Below, in pieces: positions 30,886-40,909 of a DNA stretch of 64,000 bases. Origin of the DNA: Dehalococcoidia bacterium (GTDB lineage: Bacteria > Chloroflexota > Dehalococcoidia > Bin125); NCBI GenBank assembly GCA_963662615.2, contig CAXXSR010000001.1:352001-416000 (forward strand). Reading direction: 5' to 3'. The notes beneath the pieces were generated by a model. It saw only the letters and a program-made list of their open reading frames with translations. It made no database searches and had not been told where the DNA came from. The first letter of the stretch is position 1. Every line of letters starts with the position of its first letter. A program made the translations under genes and the position numbers.

Positions 30886-32501
30886 ATGACCTCTGCAGCG
30901 AAGGCGGGGCGGGACGGCGATCCGTTGGACAGCGCGTTCGAGATTCAGTTTCGCGGGCGGCGTGTGGAGGTTGCGGTGCGCGCGCCTCAAGACGGCGGCG
31001 ATGCCGCGACCGTGGACGAGGTGATGGCGGCGCTAGAGAGCGCACCGCTGGACACGGTCACGAAGGCGCGCGTGGAGGCGGCCGTCCGCAAGGCGAACGG
31101 TGGGGCGGTATCGGTAGGTGAGGTGGAGGCGCCTCCGGGCCTCCTGCGGCCGTGGTTTATTCAGGTCTCCCCGGACGGGCTGGCTGCTTACGTGGTCCCC
31201 GTGTCGCCTGTGGAAGGGGCCGTGCCGCCTGCGGAAAAGAAAAAGGGGACGGCGCAGCCGTCCGCCGATTCGCACGCCGCGATGGAAGAAGACGAGTGGG
31301 CGGAAGCGGAAGCCGAGGTGGAGGACGACGAGGCGCCGGAGGAGCTTGTCTCGGCGGCGCTGCTCGGCGAGATGCTGGCGGAGGCCGGGGTCACCACGGG
31401 CATTCAAGGGGACGTGTTGCAGAGCTTCGAGTCGCCGCGGGCGCTGACCGAAATCTGCTGCCTGGCTCGTGGCCGCGCAGCCACCCCGGGGCGCGACGCC
31501 GAGATCGATTTCGCCTTCGACACGGAGAGCTCGCGCGCAACTGTCCGGCGGGATGACGGGCGCATTGACTATCACGGGGCCATGACGGAGCTCTACGTGG
31601 AGGCGGGCGAGGTCCTGGCGAAGCGGCGGCCGCCGGTGGAGGGGGAGCCCGGCATGGACGTGCGCGGCCGGGCGGTGCCGCCGCCGTCGGTGCGAGAGCG
31701 GGCGCTGGAGCAGATTGTGGGGCGGGGCGCAGAGGTGCGCGCTGACGACACCCTGGTGGCCGTGGAGGCTGGGCGGCCCGTCTCCAAGGCCGGCCATGTG
31801 GAGGTGGTCCCGGTCTACGAGGTTGAGCGCGACCTGAACTACTCCGTTGGCAGCATAGAGTTCAGCGGCGACGTGGTGGTGCGGGGCGACGTGAAGCCCG
31901 ACTTCTGGATCCGCGCGGGGGGCTCTGTGGTGGTGCACGGGATCACCGAGAGCGCCTCAATCACCGCGGGCGAGGATGTGACGCTGGCCGGCGTGGTGGG
32001 CCACGGCGATTGCGTGATTGAGGCCGGCGGCAATCTGGTGGCGCACTATCTGAACGACGTGAAGGCGACCGCGGGCGGCGACGTGCTGGTGACCCGAGAG
32101 ATCGTCAACTGCGAGATCACGGCCAACCGTGTGGAACCCCCCCCACGGGTCGCATTGTGGGCAGCAAGGTGAGGGCCCAGAGCGAAGTGGACAGCGGCGT
32201 CCTGGGTTCCGACGCGGGGGTGACCACCAGCTTTGAAGTCTTCTCCTCGGATCCCAGTTTGCGGCCGGTAGTGCGGGGCCGCAAGGCGGTCCACCCCGGC
32301 GTGAAGGTGTATGTGGGCACTGCCGTGGTGGCGGTAGACGACGGGCTATCAGCGACGTCGTTCTGGGACGTGAACGGGGAGGCCGTGAAGTTGGGTGCCG
32401 GTGCGACGGAGGCCGAGTACGCGCAATGCCTCGCCCAGCGCGCCGCCGAGGTGGGCGACGAAAGCGGGAGCGCGTCGGACGAGCTCCGCCTCTCGGCCTA
32501 G
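30886..32501 (+). pseudogene. FapA (DUF342) family protein with -1 frameshift at the C8 tract 32137-32144
   Basis: PGRDAEI, GRIDY, PGMDVRG, GSIEFSGDVVVRGDV; second frame continues GRIVG...VLGSDAGVTT...VHPGVKV. Confidence 0.75.
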
Positions 32502-32554
32502 GGGATCAGCAAGCCCTCTCCATCCGTGTTCAAGCAGAGCGCCGGCGCGTGGGG

Positions 32555-33030
32555 GTTTTTTGACGCGCGCTCGCGGGTTTTTGACGCGCGCTCGCGGTTT
32601 TTTTGACGCGCGCTCGCAGGTCATCCGGGGTCGCGCGGCGTTGGTGGCGGCTCGCGCCGGGGGTTGCTGAGCGGGGCGGGTTTTTGACGCGCGCTCGCGG
32701 GTCATTCGGCGTCGCGCGGCGTTGGTGGCGGCTCGCGCCGGGGGTTGATGATCGGGGGACGATGACGCCCGGCCCTTGACCCGTCGGCAGGCTCCTTCCT
32801 GGGAGGGAAGGACAGGTCAGGACAGGCAGGCTCAGGGCGACCCTTCGACAGGCTCAGGGTGAGCGGATCTTTTGACGCGCGCTCGCGGATTGTCGGAGGT
32901 CGAGCTGCGTTGGTGGCGGCTCGCGCCGGCGGTTGATGCTCTGGGCGATGTCGGCGCCGCTCGTCCTTCGACAGGCTCAGGATGAGCGGATCTTTTGACG
33001 CGCGCGCTCTCGGCAAGCTCAGGACAGGCC
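32555..33030 (+). repeat. Mosaic A/B repeat cluster
   Basis: Repeated TTTTGACGCGCGCTCGC heads and B units. Confidence 0.85.
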
Positions 33031-33115
33031 CGCGGGCGCGGTGCGGTACCCTCGGCATGTTTCACGCCGCTGGGACGGGCCCGTGCGGGTGCGAGCGGTG
33101 AAAGGGAGGCTCGTC

Positions 33116-33670
33116 GTGGCGCGACTGCCAGAGCTGACGACGAAGGAGGCGCTGCCGCCCGAGGCGCACCCGGTCTTCGACGCGATCGCGGAGAGCCGGG
33201 GCGGCATCACTGGGCCGTACACGATGCTGATGCACAGCCCAGAGGTGGCCGGCCGCACGGCGCAGTTGGGGACGTATGTGCGGTTCGAGTCGACGCTGGC
33301 CCCAGTGGAGCGCGAGCTGACGATCCTCACGGCAGCCCGCGAGTGTGATTGCGCCTTTGAGTGGGCCGCGCACGTGCCCCTGGCGCGTGAGGCCGGTGTG
33401 CGCGAGGAGGCGATCGAGGTCGTGGGCCGGCGGGGGGAGCTGGATGCGCTGCTGGACGAGGAGGCGTTCATTGTCCGCTACGGGCGCGAGCTGCTGACGG
33501 ACCATCGTGTGGGCGAAAAAACGTTCGCCGCGGCGCGGTCGCGCCTGGGGGAACGCGGGATTGTGGATCTGACGGCCACGCTGGGCTACTACGCGATGCT
33601 GGCCAGCACGCTGAACGCGATGGCGGTGGAGCCGCCCGCAGCCGCGCCGCGGCTGCCGGCGCTGCCGTAG
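33116..33670 (+). CDS. Carboxymuconolactone decarboxylase family protein
   Basis: LMHSPE, RELTIL, FEWAAHVPLAREAGV, LTATLGYY; GGGAGG RBS. Confidence 0.85.
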   Translation: MARLPELTTKEALPPEAHPVFDAIAESRGGITGPYTMLMHSPEVAGRTAQLGTYVRFESTLAPVERELTILTAARECDCAFEWAAHVPLAREAGVREEAIEVVGRRGELDALLDEEAFIVRYGRELLTDHRVGEKTFAAARSRLGERGIVDLTATLGYYAMLASTLNAMAVEPPAAAPRLPALP

Positions 33671-33862
33671 TGGAAGCGCGGTTTTTTTGACGCGCGCTCG
33701 CAGGTCTTCCGGGGTCGCGCGGCGACGGTGGCGGCTCGTGCCGGCGGTTGCTGAACGGGGCGGGTTTTGTGACGCGCGCTCGCGGGTGATCCGGGGTCGC
33801 GCGGCGTTGGTGGCGGCGCTTCGTTAGACTCCGGGGACCGATCGCGGCGCGGGAGGTGCAGG

Positions 33863-34780
33863 GTGCGCATCGAGAACGATGAGGGGCTGTCGGAGCTGAT
33901 CGTGTCGGCGGAGGAGACGCGGTTGTGTAGCGGCTTCGGCTTCACCGAGGGGCCGGTGTGGGCGCCGGCCGATGCGTGTCTGCTCTTCAGCGATATCCCC
34001 GGCAACCGCATGCACCGCTGGCGTCCCGGCATGGGCGAGGCGGAGGTCTATCGCGATCCCAGCGGGCACGCGAACGGCCTGACGCTGGACGGCGCGGGCA
34101 ACGTGCTGGCCTGCGAGCATTCGGGCCGTCGCATCTCCCGCGCGCTTTTCGACGGCGCGGCGGCGACGGTGGTGGACCGCCACGAGGAGAAGCGGCTCAA
34201 CAGTCCCAACGACCTGGTGGTCCACAGCTCGGGCGCGATCTACTTCACGGATCCGAGCGGTAGCTTGCGCCGTCGGCCGCCGGGTGAAGCGCCTTTCGGC
34301 GACCCGGACGCGAAGCAGGAGTTGGACTTCCTGGGGGTGTTTCGGGTGGATGCGGAGGGCGCGCTAACGCTGCTGCTCGACGACGTGTCGTGGCCCAATG
34401 GCCTCGCCTTTTCGCGCGATGAAGCGTTCCTGTACGTTGCCAATTCGCGGCCGGACCGCGTCGTCTGGCGCTATCGCGTGGGGGCGGACGGCACGCTCAG
34501 GGATCGCGAACTGTTCGTGGACATGCGCGACGACGAGCGCGAGGGCGTGCCCGACGGGATGAAGGTGGATGAGGACGGGCGCGTCTGGGTCACCGGGGCG
34601 GGCGGCGTCTGGGTGGTGACGGAGGAGGGCCGCCGGCTGGGCGTCATGGTGTTGGCCGAGCACCCGGCGAACCTGGCCTTCGGCGGGGCCAACTTCTCCA
34701 CGCTCTACCTGGCGGCGCGGACCAGCGTCTACAGCGTGGAGACGGCGGTCCGCGGGATTGCGCCGGGGTCGCGGCCGTAG
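33863..34780 (+). CDS. SMP-30/gluconolactonase family protein
   Basis: FTEGPVW, FSDIP, NGLTLD, LNSPND, PNGLAFS, PDGMKVD. Confidence 0.92.
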   Translation: MRIENDEGLSELIVSAEETRLCSGFGFTEGPVWAPADACLLFSDIPGNRMHRWRPGMGEAEVYRDPSGHANGLTLDGAGNVLACEHSGRRISRALFDGAAATVVDRHEEKRLNSPNDLVVHSSGAIYFTDPSGSLRRRPPGEAPFGDPDAKQELDFLGVFRVDAEGALTLLLDDVSWPNGLAFSRDEAFLYVANSRPDRVVWRYRVGADGTLRDRELFVDMRDDEREGVPDGMKVDEDGRVWVTGAGGVWVVTEEGRRLGVMVLAEHPANLAFGGANFSTLYLAARTSVYSVETAVRGIAPGSRP

Positions 34781-34808
34781 CCGGACGCGGAGGGGGGCTG
34801 TGCGCGCG

Positions 34809-35567
34809 ATGGTGATTGACTACGGGAGGAAGGGCTTGGCCGCGCTGGCGCTGGCGATTGCGCTGGCGCTGGTGCTGTTCGCGATGGTGGGGGGGGCGGC
34901 GCCCGCGCGGGCGCAAGGGCTGTCGGCCATGGCCGTGCTCAGCGGCGCCAACGTCGTGCCCCCGGTGGAGACGGAAGCGAGCGGCACGGCGACGGCGCGG
35001 CTGGAAGGGTTCGCGGTCGCCTACACGTTGCAGGCCTTGAACATTGAGGGCGCCACGGAGGCGCATGTTCATTTGGGCGGGCCCGGAGAGAGCGGGGAGA
35101 TTGTGGCGGTGCTGTTCGGGCCCGTGGCGGCCGGCGTTGACGGCATTGAGGTGAGCGGCACGCTGACGATCGGGGACTTGCTGGGGCCGTCGGCCGGCGA
35201 CCCGCTGGGCTTTTTGGCCGCGCTGCAGGACGGAAACGCGTACGTGGACGTGCACACGCTGGCATATCCCCAGGGAGAGATTCGCGGCCAGATCGAGCGG
35301 GCGCAGGCGGCGGAGGAGGTGGAGGCGCCGGCGGGGCCTGCTGTGCCTGCAGTGCCCGATCAGGGACAAGAGCCCGCGATGGCACCGGGCGCCGGGGAGG
35401 CCGAGGGCGCCGACGGCGACGCGGTCGCGGCCTTGCCGTCGACGGGGTCGGGCGGCCTGGCCGACCCGTCCCGCGACGGCGGAGGCGGATGGCGATGGGC
35501 TCTGCTGGCGGCGGGCAGCGTGGTGGCGATCGTCGTGGGCGGCCGCCTCCTGCAACGACGTTTTTAA
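34809..35567 (+). CDS. Secreted CHRD-domain protein with C-terminal LPxTG-like sorting signal
   Basis: LSGANVVPPV, AHVH, YVDVHT...PQGEIRGQI; LPSTG followed by a hydrophobic helix and basic tail. Confidence 0.85.
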   Translation: MVIDYGRKGLAALALAIALALVLFAMVGGAAPARAQGLSAMAVLSGANVVPPVETEASGTATARLEGFAVAYTLQALNIEGATEAHVHLGGPGESGEIVAVLFGPVAAGVDGIEVSGTLTIGDLLGPSAGDPLGFLAALQDGNAYVDVHTLAYPQGEIRGQIERAQAAEEVEAPAGPAVPAVPDQGQEPAMAPGAGEAEGADGDAVAALPSTGSGGLADPSRDGGGGWRWALLAAGSVVAIVVGGRLLQRRF

Positions 35568-38233
35568 GGAGCGGTCCTCCGGTCGCCGAGGCTGCCGAGG
35601 GCCGCGAGGGGCAGAGGGAGCGCGCTACGACTCTTGCGAGCGCCGGGGAAGTGAACCGGCGTCCCCAGAGCGGGCGTGGGCGGCGAGCGCTCCGGCACCG
35701 CCTCCCGGTCCACGGGCTTGGAGAAGAGGAAGCCCTGCCCGGATTCGCAGCCGATCTGCTGCAGCGCGAGCAATTGCTCGCGGGTCTCGATCCCTTCCGC
35801 CACGACCGACAGACCGAGCGCGTCGCCGAGGTCAACAAAGGAGCGCACCAGCGAGCGGGTGCGGCCGTCGTCGCCGTCCAAGTCGTCAATGAAGGAGCGG
35901 TCGATCTTGAGGACGTCAATGGGGAAGCGACGGAGATAGCTCAAGGACGAGTAGCCCGTGCCGAAGTCGTCGATCGCCAGTTCCACGCCCAGCAGCTTGA
36001 GGTCCGCGATCGCGTTGTTGGCCGTGGGCGTGCCCTCCATCAGCGCGCTCTCGGTGATCTCAATGCAGAGGTCCTGCGGTGCGAGTTCGGTGTCGCGCAG
36101 TACGCGTGCGACCTGCCAGACGAGGTCCGGCCGGCGGAATTCGCGTGGCGACAGGTTCACGCTCACCTTGAGATCAGGGGCGGCCGGCAGGGTCCGTTTC
36201 CATTCCTGTGCCCGGGCGCAGGCCTCCCTGAGCACCCACTGGCCGATGGCGACGATCTCGCCGGTCTCTTCGGCCAGCGGAATGAACTCGGCCGGTGGAA
36301 CGAGACCCCGCTGGGGATGATCCCAGCGGACGAGCGCTTCGAGGCCCGTGATGCGTCCGGTCGCCAGATTGACGATGGGTTGGTAGTGGAGGCGCAGCTG
36401 GCCGCGCTCCACGGCGTGGCGCAGATCCGATTCCAGCGCGAGCCGCTCGACGGCGTACGTATCCAGCGACTCGTCAAACAGGACGACGCGCGCGCGTCCT
36501 CCTTCCTTGGCGCGATAGAGGGCCATGTCCGCGTTGCGGAGCAGGTCTTCGGCGGCGGCGCGGGGCCGGCCGGCGCCGTAGAAGACCGCGCCGATGCTGG
36601 CCGAGGCGTTGGTCTCCTGCCCCCCGATCGAAATGGGCGCGGCCAGTTGTTTGAGGAAGCGCTCCGCCACTTCCTCCATGCGTGCTTCGCTGGCCACGTC
36701 TTCAAGAAGGATGGTGAACTCGTCCCCGCCAAAGCGCGCGACGGTATCGCCGGCTCTGGCGACGGCGGACAGTCGTTGGGCGATCGCGACGAGCAGCTGA
36801 TCGCCCGCCTCATGGCCGAGGCTGTCATTGACCCGCTTGAAACGGTCCACGTCGAGGAAGAGGACGCCGACGTTGGCGGATTGTCGGGCGGCTTGGGCGA
36901 GGGATTGGTCGAGCCGGTCCATGAACAGCGCCCGGTTGGGGAGGCCGGTGAGGACGTCGTGGAAGGCCTGCCGTGTGAGCTGCTCCTCGAGTCGCTTGCG
37001 CTCGGTGATGTCGCGGGAATTGACGACGATGCCGGCGACGTTGGGGTCACTGAGGAGGTTGGTGACCACCGCCTCAAGATGCAACCAGAGCCCGCTGCGG
37101 TGCCGGAGACGGAACTCCACCGTCGCGTGCAGTTCGGGGTTGGCGGTTGCGTCGATTAGCGCGCTCTGGGCGCGATCCAGGTCCGCTTCGTGGACCAGCT
37201 CCAGGATTCGCCGCCCCATGAGGTCCTGCGGGGCGTACCCCCAGAGCCGTTGGACCGAGGGACTGGCATAGCGGAAGGTGCTGTCGAGATCGAGGATCGT
37301 GATGGCGTCCGAGGAGTTTTTGACCAGGGCGCCGAAGCGCTCCTCCAACTGGCGGCGCTCCTCCAGGCCGGCGCTCATCTTGTTGAAGGCGACCGCCAGC
37401 GTTCCGATCTCGTCGCCCGAGCGGACCTGGACCCGCCCACCGTAGTCGCCCGCCTGGATCTTCTGGGCGGCGCCAACCAGCTCCCGGATGGGGGAGCTGA
37501 GGCGCCGTGAGATCAGGAAGATGAGGGCGAGGGAGACGAGGGGCGCGATGCTGAGGAGGCCGACCAGGGGGGCAATGACCGGCGCCGTCACGGCCCGCAT
37601 CTGGTCCAGCGTGTGCCCCGTGTGAAGAGTCCCGCCGCCAGCGAGGGGCATGACCGTGTCCATGGCTTCCCGCCCATCCTCCAGGGTGAATTGGGCCATC
37701 TTCATCCCCTGCTGGGTGGGGTCAGCAGGCATCTGGGCGTCCATTAGCGAGGGGTGGGACTCGTGATCGGCAGCGGTCGGTGCGGCGCCCATGCCGGGAT
37801 GCGCGTCGTCGGTGGCCATTGGATGGTCCATCGGCGAGGACGGGGATTCGTGGCGCTGACGGAGCTGCGCGGTGAGTTCAGGCGTGACCTCCCCGGCCGA
37901 AGCCACGCCGGCGCCGGCCGCGTCTTCGACATAGGCGTAGAGACGGGCGGGCCGCTCGACCGGCGCCGCCAGCAGCGCCTGCAAGCGCGCCGCGGCGCTG
38001 GGCTCGTGGGAGGCGAGGAGATAGTCAAGCTCCGCCGCCGTGGTGCGAGTCCGCTCCATGACTCGCGAGTGCATCTCGCTGTCCAGCCTGGCGGTCGTCT
38101 GGACGTAGACCATTGCGACCGTGACGCCCCCGCTGAGGGCGACGAGGGCGGCGGTGGGCAGCGCGAACTTCCAGAAAATGGAGATCGAGCCGAACCTGCC
38201 GAGGAACCGGCGGCCGAACGTGAGCGGACTCAT
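35564..38233 (-). CDS. Membrane HAMP-PAS-GGDEF-EAL diguanylate cyclase/phosphodiesterase
   Basis: Two TM, HAMP DEIGTLAVAFN, PAS, HDVLTGLPNR, RFGGDEF, LEALVRW, DDFGTGYSS. Confidence 0.95.
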   Translation of the reverse strand: MSPLTFGRRFLGRFGSISIFWKFALPTAALVALSGGVTVAMVYVQTTARLDSEMHSRVMERTRTTAAELDYLLASHEPSAAARLQALLAAPVERPARLYAYVEDAAGAGVASAGEVTPELTAQLRQRHESPSSPMDHPMATDDAHPGMGAAPTAADHESHPSLMDAQMPADPTQQGMKMAQFTLEDGREAMDTVMPLAGGGTLHTGHTLDQMRAVTAPVIAPLVGLLSIAPLVSLALIFLISRRLSSPIRELVGAAQKIQAGDYGGRVQVRSGDEIGTLAVAFNKMSAGLEERRQLEERFGALVKNSSDAITILDLDSTFRYASPSVQRLWGYAPQDLMGRRILELVHEADLDRAQSALIDATANPELHATVEFRLRHRSGLWLHLEAVVTNLLSDPNVAGIVVNSRDITERKRLEEQLTRQAFHDVLTGLPNRALFMDRLDQSLAQAARQSANVGVLFLDVDRFKRVNDSLGHEAGDQLLVAIAQRLSAVARAGDTVARFGGDEFTILLEDVASEARMEEVAERFLKQLAAPISIGGQETNASASIGAVFYGAGRPRAAAEDLLRNADMALYRAKEGGRARVVLFDESLDTYAVERLALESDLRHAVERGQLRLHYQPIVNLATGRITGLEALVRWDHPQRGLVPPAEFIPLAEETGEIVAIGQWVLREACARAQEWKRTLPAAPDLKVSVNLSPREFRRPDLVWQVARVLRDTELAPQDLCIEITESALMEGTPTANNAIADLKLLGVELAIDDFGTGYSSLSYLRRFPIDVLKIDRSFIDDLDGDDGRTRSLVRSFVDLGDALGLSVVAEGIETREQLLALQQIGCESGQGFLFSKPVDREAVPERSPPTPALGTPVHFPGARKSRSALPLPLAALGSLGDRRTAP

Positions 38234-38363
38234 GCTAGATCATCGACCGGGGGCGTCGGTTCGGGAGGCGGTCAAGAGGGGGTCAAGAGACGGGGGCCAA
38301 TAGGTGCAGGCGCCGCGCGGGCGAGGGGAGGACGGCGCCCACGGCCGCAGGGGCGACGTGGAA

Positions 38364-38425
38364 GGCGCTGTCTCGGGCGCTGTGTCTCGGGCGCTGTGTC
38401 TCGGGCGCGGTGTCTCGGGCGCGGT
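38364..38425. repeat. 14-bp tandem repeat GCGC(T/G)GTGTCTCGG x~4 in a divergent intergenic region
   Basis: Seen directly in sequence. Confidence 0.85.
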
Positions 38426-38491
38426 GGAGCCGGTCCGCCGGCGGCGAGGCGGGTGGATGGAGGTCCTATACTTCCCTGGACGGAGGGGTCG

Positions 38492-38944
38492 ATGCCGCTG
38501 TTTACCACGCCCGTCTCCGCTCTGGTGCGCCGGCCGGTGACGCGCGTGGAGCAGACAGCGCCGCTGCGCGAGGCGGTGGAGCAACTGCGCCAGGCGCCCA
38601 GTCGCTGTCTGGCCGTGATGGACGGCGAGCGGCTGGTGGGGCTCTTTCTGGAGCGGAACATGATTAAGCACTGCTACAAGGCCGGGGTGGACGAGGGGAC
38701 GCCCGTGCAGGCGGTGATGACGGCGCCGCTGGTCAGCGTGCGGCCGGAGACGTCGGTGGTGGAGGCGTTACGACTGATGGACACGCAGCGGATCCGGCAC
38801 CTGCCGCTAGTGGACGAAGCAGGCGCGCTGCGGGGCCTGATCCGTGGGCGCGATCTGCTGGAGTACGTGGCCGAGTGGCTGCCGCAGGCGATTCTGAACG
38901 CGCCCGAGCACCTGGCCCCGTTTGACGCCACAGAGGGGGCGTGA
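38492..38944 (+). CDS. CBS domain pair protein
   Basis: LVGLF, VMT, IRHLPLVD; TATACT box and GGAGG upstream. Confidence 0.85.
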   Translation: MPLFTTPVSALVRRPVTRVEQTAPLREAVEQLRQAPSRCLAVMDGERLVGLFLERNMIKHCYKAGVDEGTPVQAVMTAPLVSVRPETSVVEALRLMDTQRIRHLPLVDEAGALRGLIRGRDLLEYVAEWLPQAILNAPEHLAPFDATEGA

Positions 38945-38950
38945 GAGCGG

Positions 38951-39469
38951 ATGCCCTGCCCGTCCTGCGGCGTAGACAACATTGCCGGTTCCGACTATTG
39001 CGACAATTGCGGCTGGGACTTGCACCAGACCGACATCCCCATCCCCCAGGACGCGGTGGAGGAGCTGTTCCTGCACCATCCGGTGCGCGAGATCGTGACG
39101 ACGCAGCCGGTGACGATCGGGCCGGATGCGTCGATGAGCGACGGCATTGCCCTGTTGCACAAGCACCGCGTGCGGGCCCTCCTGGTCCTGGACGAGGGCG
39201 CGCTGGTGGGGATCCTGACCGAGCACGACACGGTCCGGGCCCTGGGCGTGGGGCAGAGCGGCGCCTCCATGCGCGTAGCGGAGGTGATGACGTCGGCGCC
39301 GTTCACGGTGGACTCGGACGCGCCGGTGGGGTTGGCCGCCAAGCGTTTTCTGGTGGACTCGGTGCACCATCTGCCGGTGGTGGAGGGCGGGAAGATCCTC
39401 GGCATCGTTGCGATGGGGGACGTGCTGGAGGCGTTGATCGCGGTGCTGTTGGGGGAGACGGAGAGCTGA
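38951..39469 (+). CDS. Zinc-ribbon plus CBS domain pair protein
   Basis: CPSCG...CDNCG; LVGILTEHD, VHHLPVV. Confidence 0.85.
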   Translation: MPCPSCGVDNIAGSDYCDNCGWDLHQTDIPIPQDAVEELFLHHPVREIVTTQPVTIGPDASMSDGIALLHKHRVRALLVLDEGALVGILTEHDTVRALGVGQSGASMRVAEVMTSAPFTVDSDAPVGLAAKRFLVDSVHHLPVVEGGKILGIVAMGDVLEALIAVLLGETES

Positions 39470-39516
39470 GGGGCGACCTCGTTGGTCGAGGCGACCCGCG
39501 AGGGGAGGGGGTTGGC

Positions 39517-39807
39517 ATGGCCGCATACTGCGTGTTCGACATCCTTGAGATCACTGATTTGAAGAAGATGGAGGCCTACCGGGCCCGGGTCCAGCAGACC
39601 ATCGCGCAGTACGGTGGCGAGTACCTGGTCCGGGGCGGCAACTTCGATGTGGTGGAGGGCGACTGGCGGCCGGGCCGTCTGGTGATCCTTGTCTTCCCCA
39701 GCCTGGAAGAGGCGCACCGCTGGTACGACTCGGAGGAGTATCAGGAGATCCTGCCGCTGCGCACCACGGCGTCGCGGGCGAACGCGGTCTTCGTGGAGGG
39801 GCTCTGA
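39517..39807 (+). CDS. DUF1330 family protein
   Basis: YGGEYLVRGG, VEGDW, FPSLEEAHRWYDSEEYQ. Confidence 0.9.
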   Translation: MAAYCVFDILEITDLKKMEAYRARVQQTIAQYGGEYLVRGGNFDVVEGDWRPGRLVILVFPSLEEAHRWYDSEEYQEILPLRTTASRANAVFVEGL

Positions 39808-39885
39808 TCGCGCGGGGAGCGGTGCTGCGCTAGCTGCTGGTCTCGCGCTAGGACGCGGCGCCGGGCTGGTCTGCGGCGGTAGAGA

Positions 39886-40470
39886 CTAGCCGCTGAAGTA
39901 GGCCGGCTCGTTGCCCGCGCGCCACTTGATGTTGCAGCCGATGCTGGGCGTCTGATCCGCGGGCACGGGTTTCCCCGCGAGGAGCTGGTCCAGTGCGCGG
40001 CGCAGGTCGGCACCGGTGACGGGGATGCCGTTGCCAGGCCGGCCGGCATCGAACTGGCCGCGGTAGACGAGGGTGCGGTCCTGATCGAAGAGGAAGAAGT
40101 CGGGCGTGCAGGCGGCCGTGAACGCCTTCGCTACTGCTTGCGAACCATCGAAGAGGTAGGGAAAGTTGTAGCCGACGCGCTCCGCCTCGGCCTTCATCTT
40201 CTCGGGCGCATCATCGGGAAAGGCGGTGGGGTCGTTGGCGGAGATGGCCACGATCCCGACCTCTCGGTCCGCATAGTCCCTTCCGAGCTGGGCGAGCCCC
40301 TCGCGGATGTGCTTCACGTAGGGGCAGTGATTGCAGATGAACATGACGAGGAGCCCGCGCTTGTCGGCGAAGTCCGATAGTCGCACGGTCTCACCGCTGA
40401 CGGTGTCGGGCAGCTCGAACTCGGGCGCCCGGGCGCCGAGCGCCTGCATGGTGGAAACGGTCGGTGTCAT
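39886..40470 (-). CDS. Thioredoxin-fold AhpC/TSA (peroxiredoxin-like) protein
   Basis: APEFELPD, FICNHCPYV, AACTPDFFLF, SIGCNIKW. Confidence 0.9.
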   Translation of the reverse strand: MTPTVSTMQALGARAPEFELPDTVSGETVRLSDFADKRGLLVMFICNHCPYVKHIREGLAQLGRDYADREVGIVAISANDPTAFPDDAPEKMKAEAERVGYNFPYLFDGSQAVAKAFTAACTPDFFLFDQDRTLVYRGQFDAGRPGNGIPVTGADLRRALDQLLAGKPVPADQTPSIGCNIKWRAGNEPAYFSG

Positions 40471-40909
40471 CGCTTCGCCCCTCCCTTTCGCCCCTCCCGC
40501 TCGCGATCGACGGTCTGGTCCCGGTGGTGCGAGAGCAGGCCCCAGGCGGACGCGCCCCGGCGCCGTCCCGGTCCACTCCCCACGAACGGCCGTCGCGTTG
40601 GGAGGGTAGCGCATCGGGCGACGCCGCGACGCCGGCGCACCTTTGCCTGGGGCGGGCCACAACCCCCTCCGCTTCTGGTGACGCCGCGCTCGACCGGACG
40701 CGGATAGGGTTTTGGGACCCCACAGGAGCCCGCGTGGTGGCGAGGCCATGATGCAGGGCCCAGGCCCGCGTCGTCCCAATTGTGATTGATCCTTCATGTT
40801 CCCTTCATTGTTGCGTGCGATTTTGTCGCTCGCGGCGATCGAGAGAGCGATACGGCCCTCTCCAGCGCTCCGGCGATGCTCAGCGCAGTCTGGACGGAAG
40901 GATCATCCC

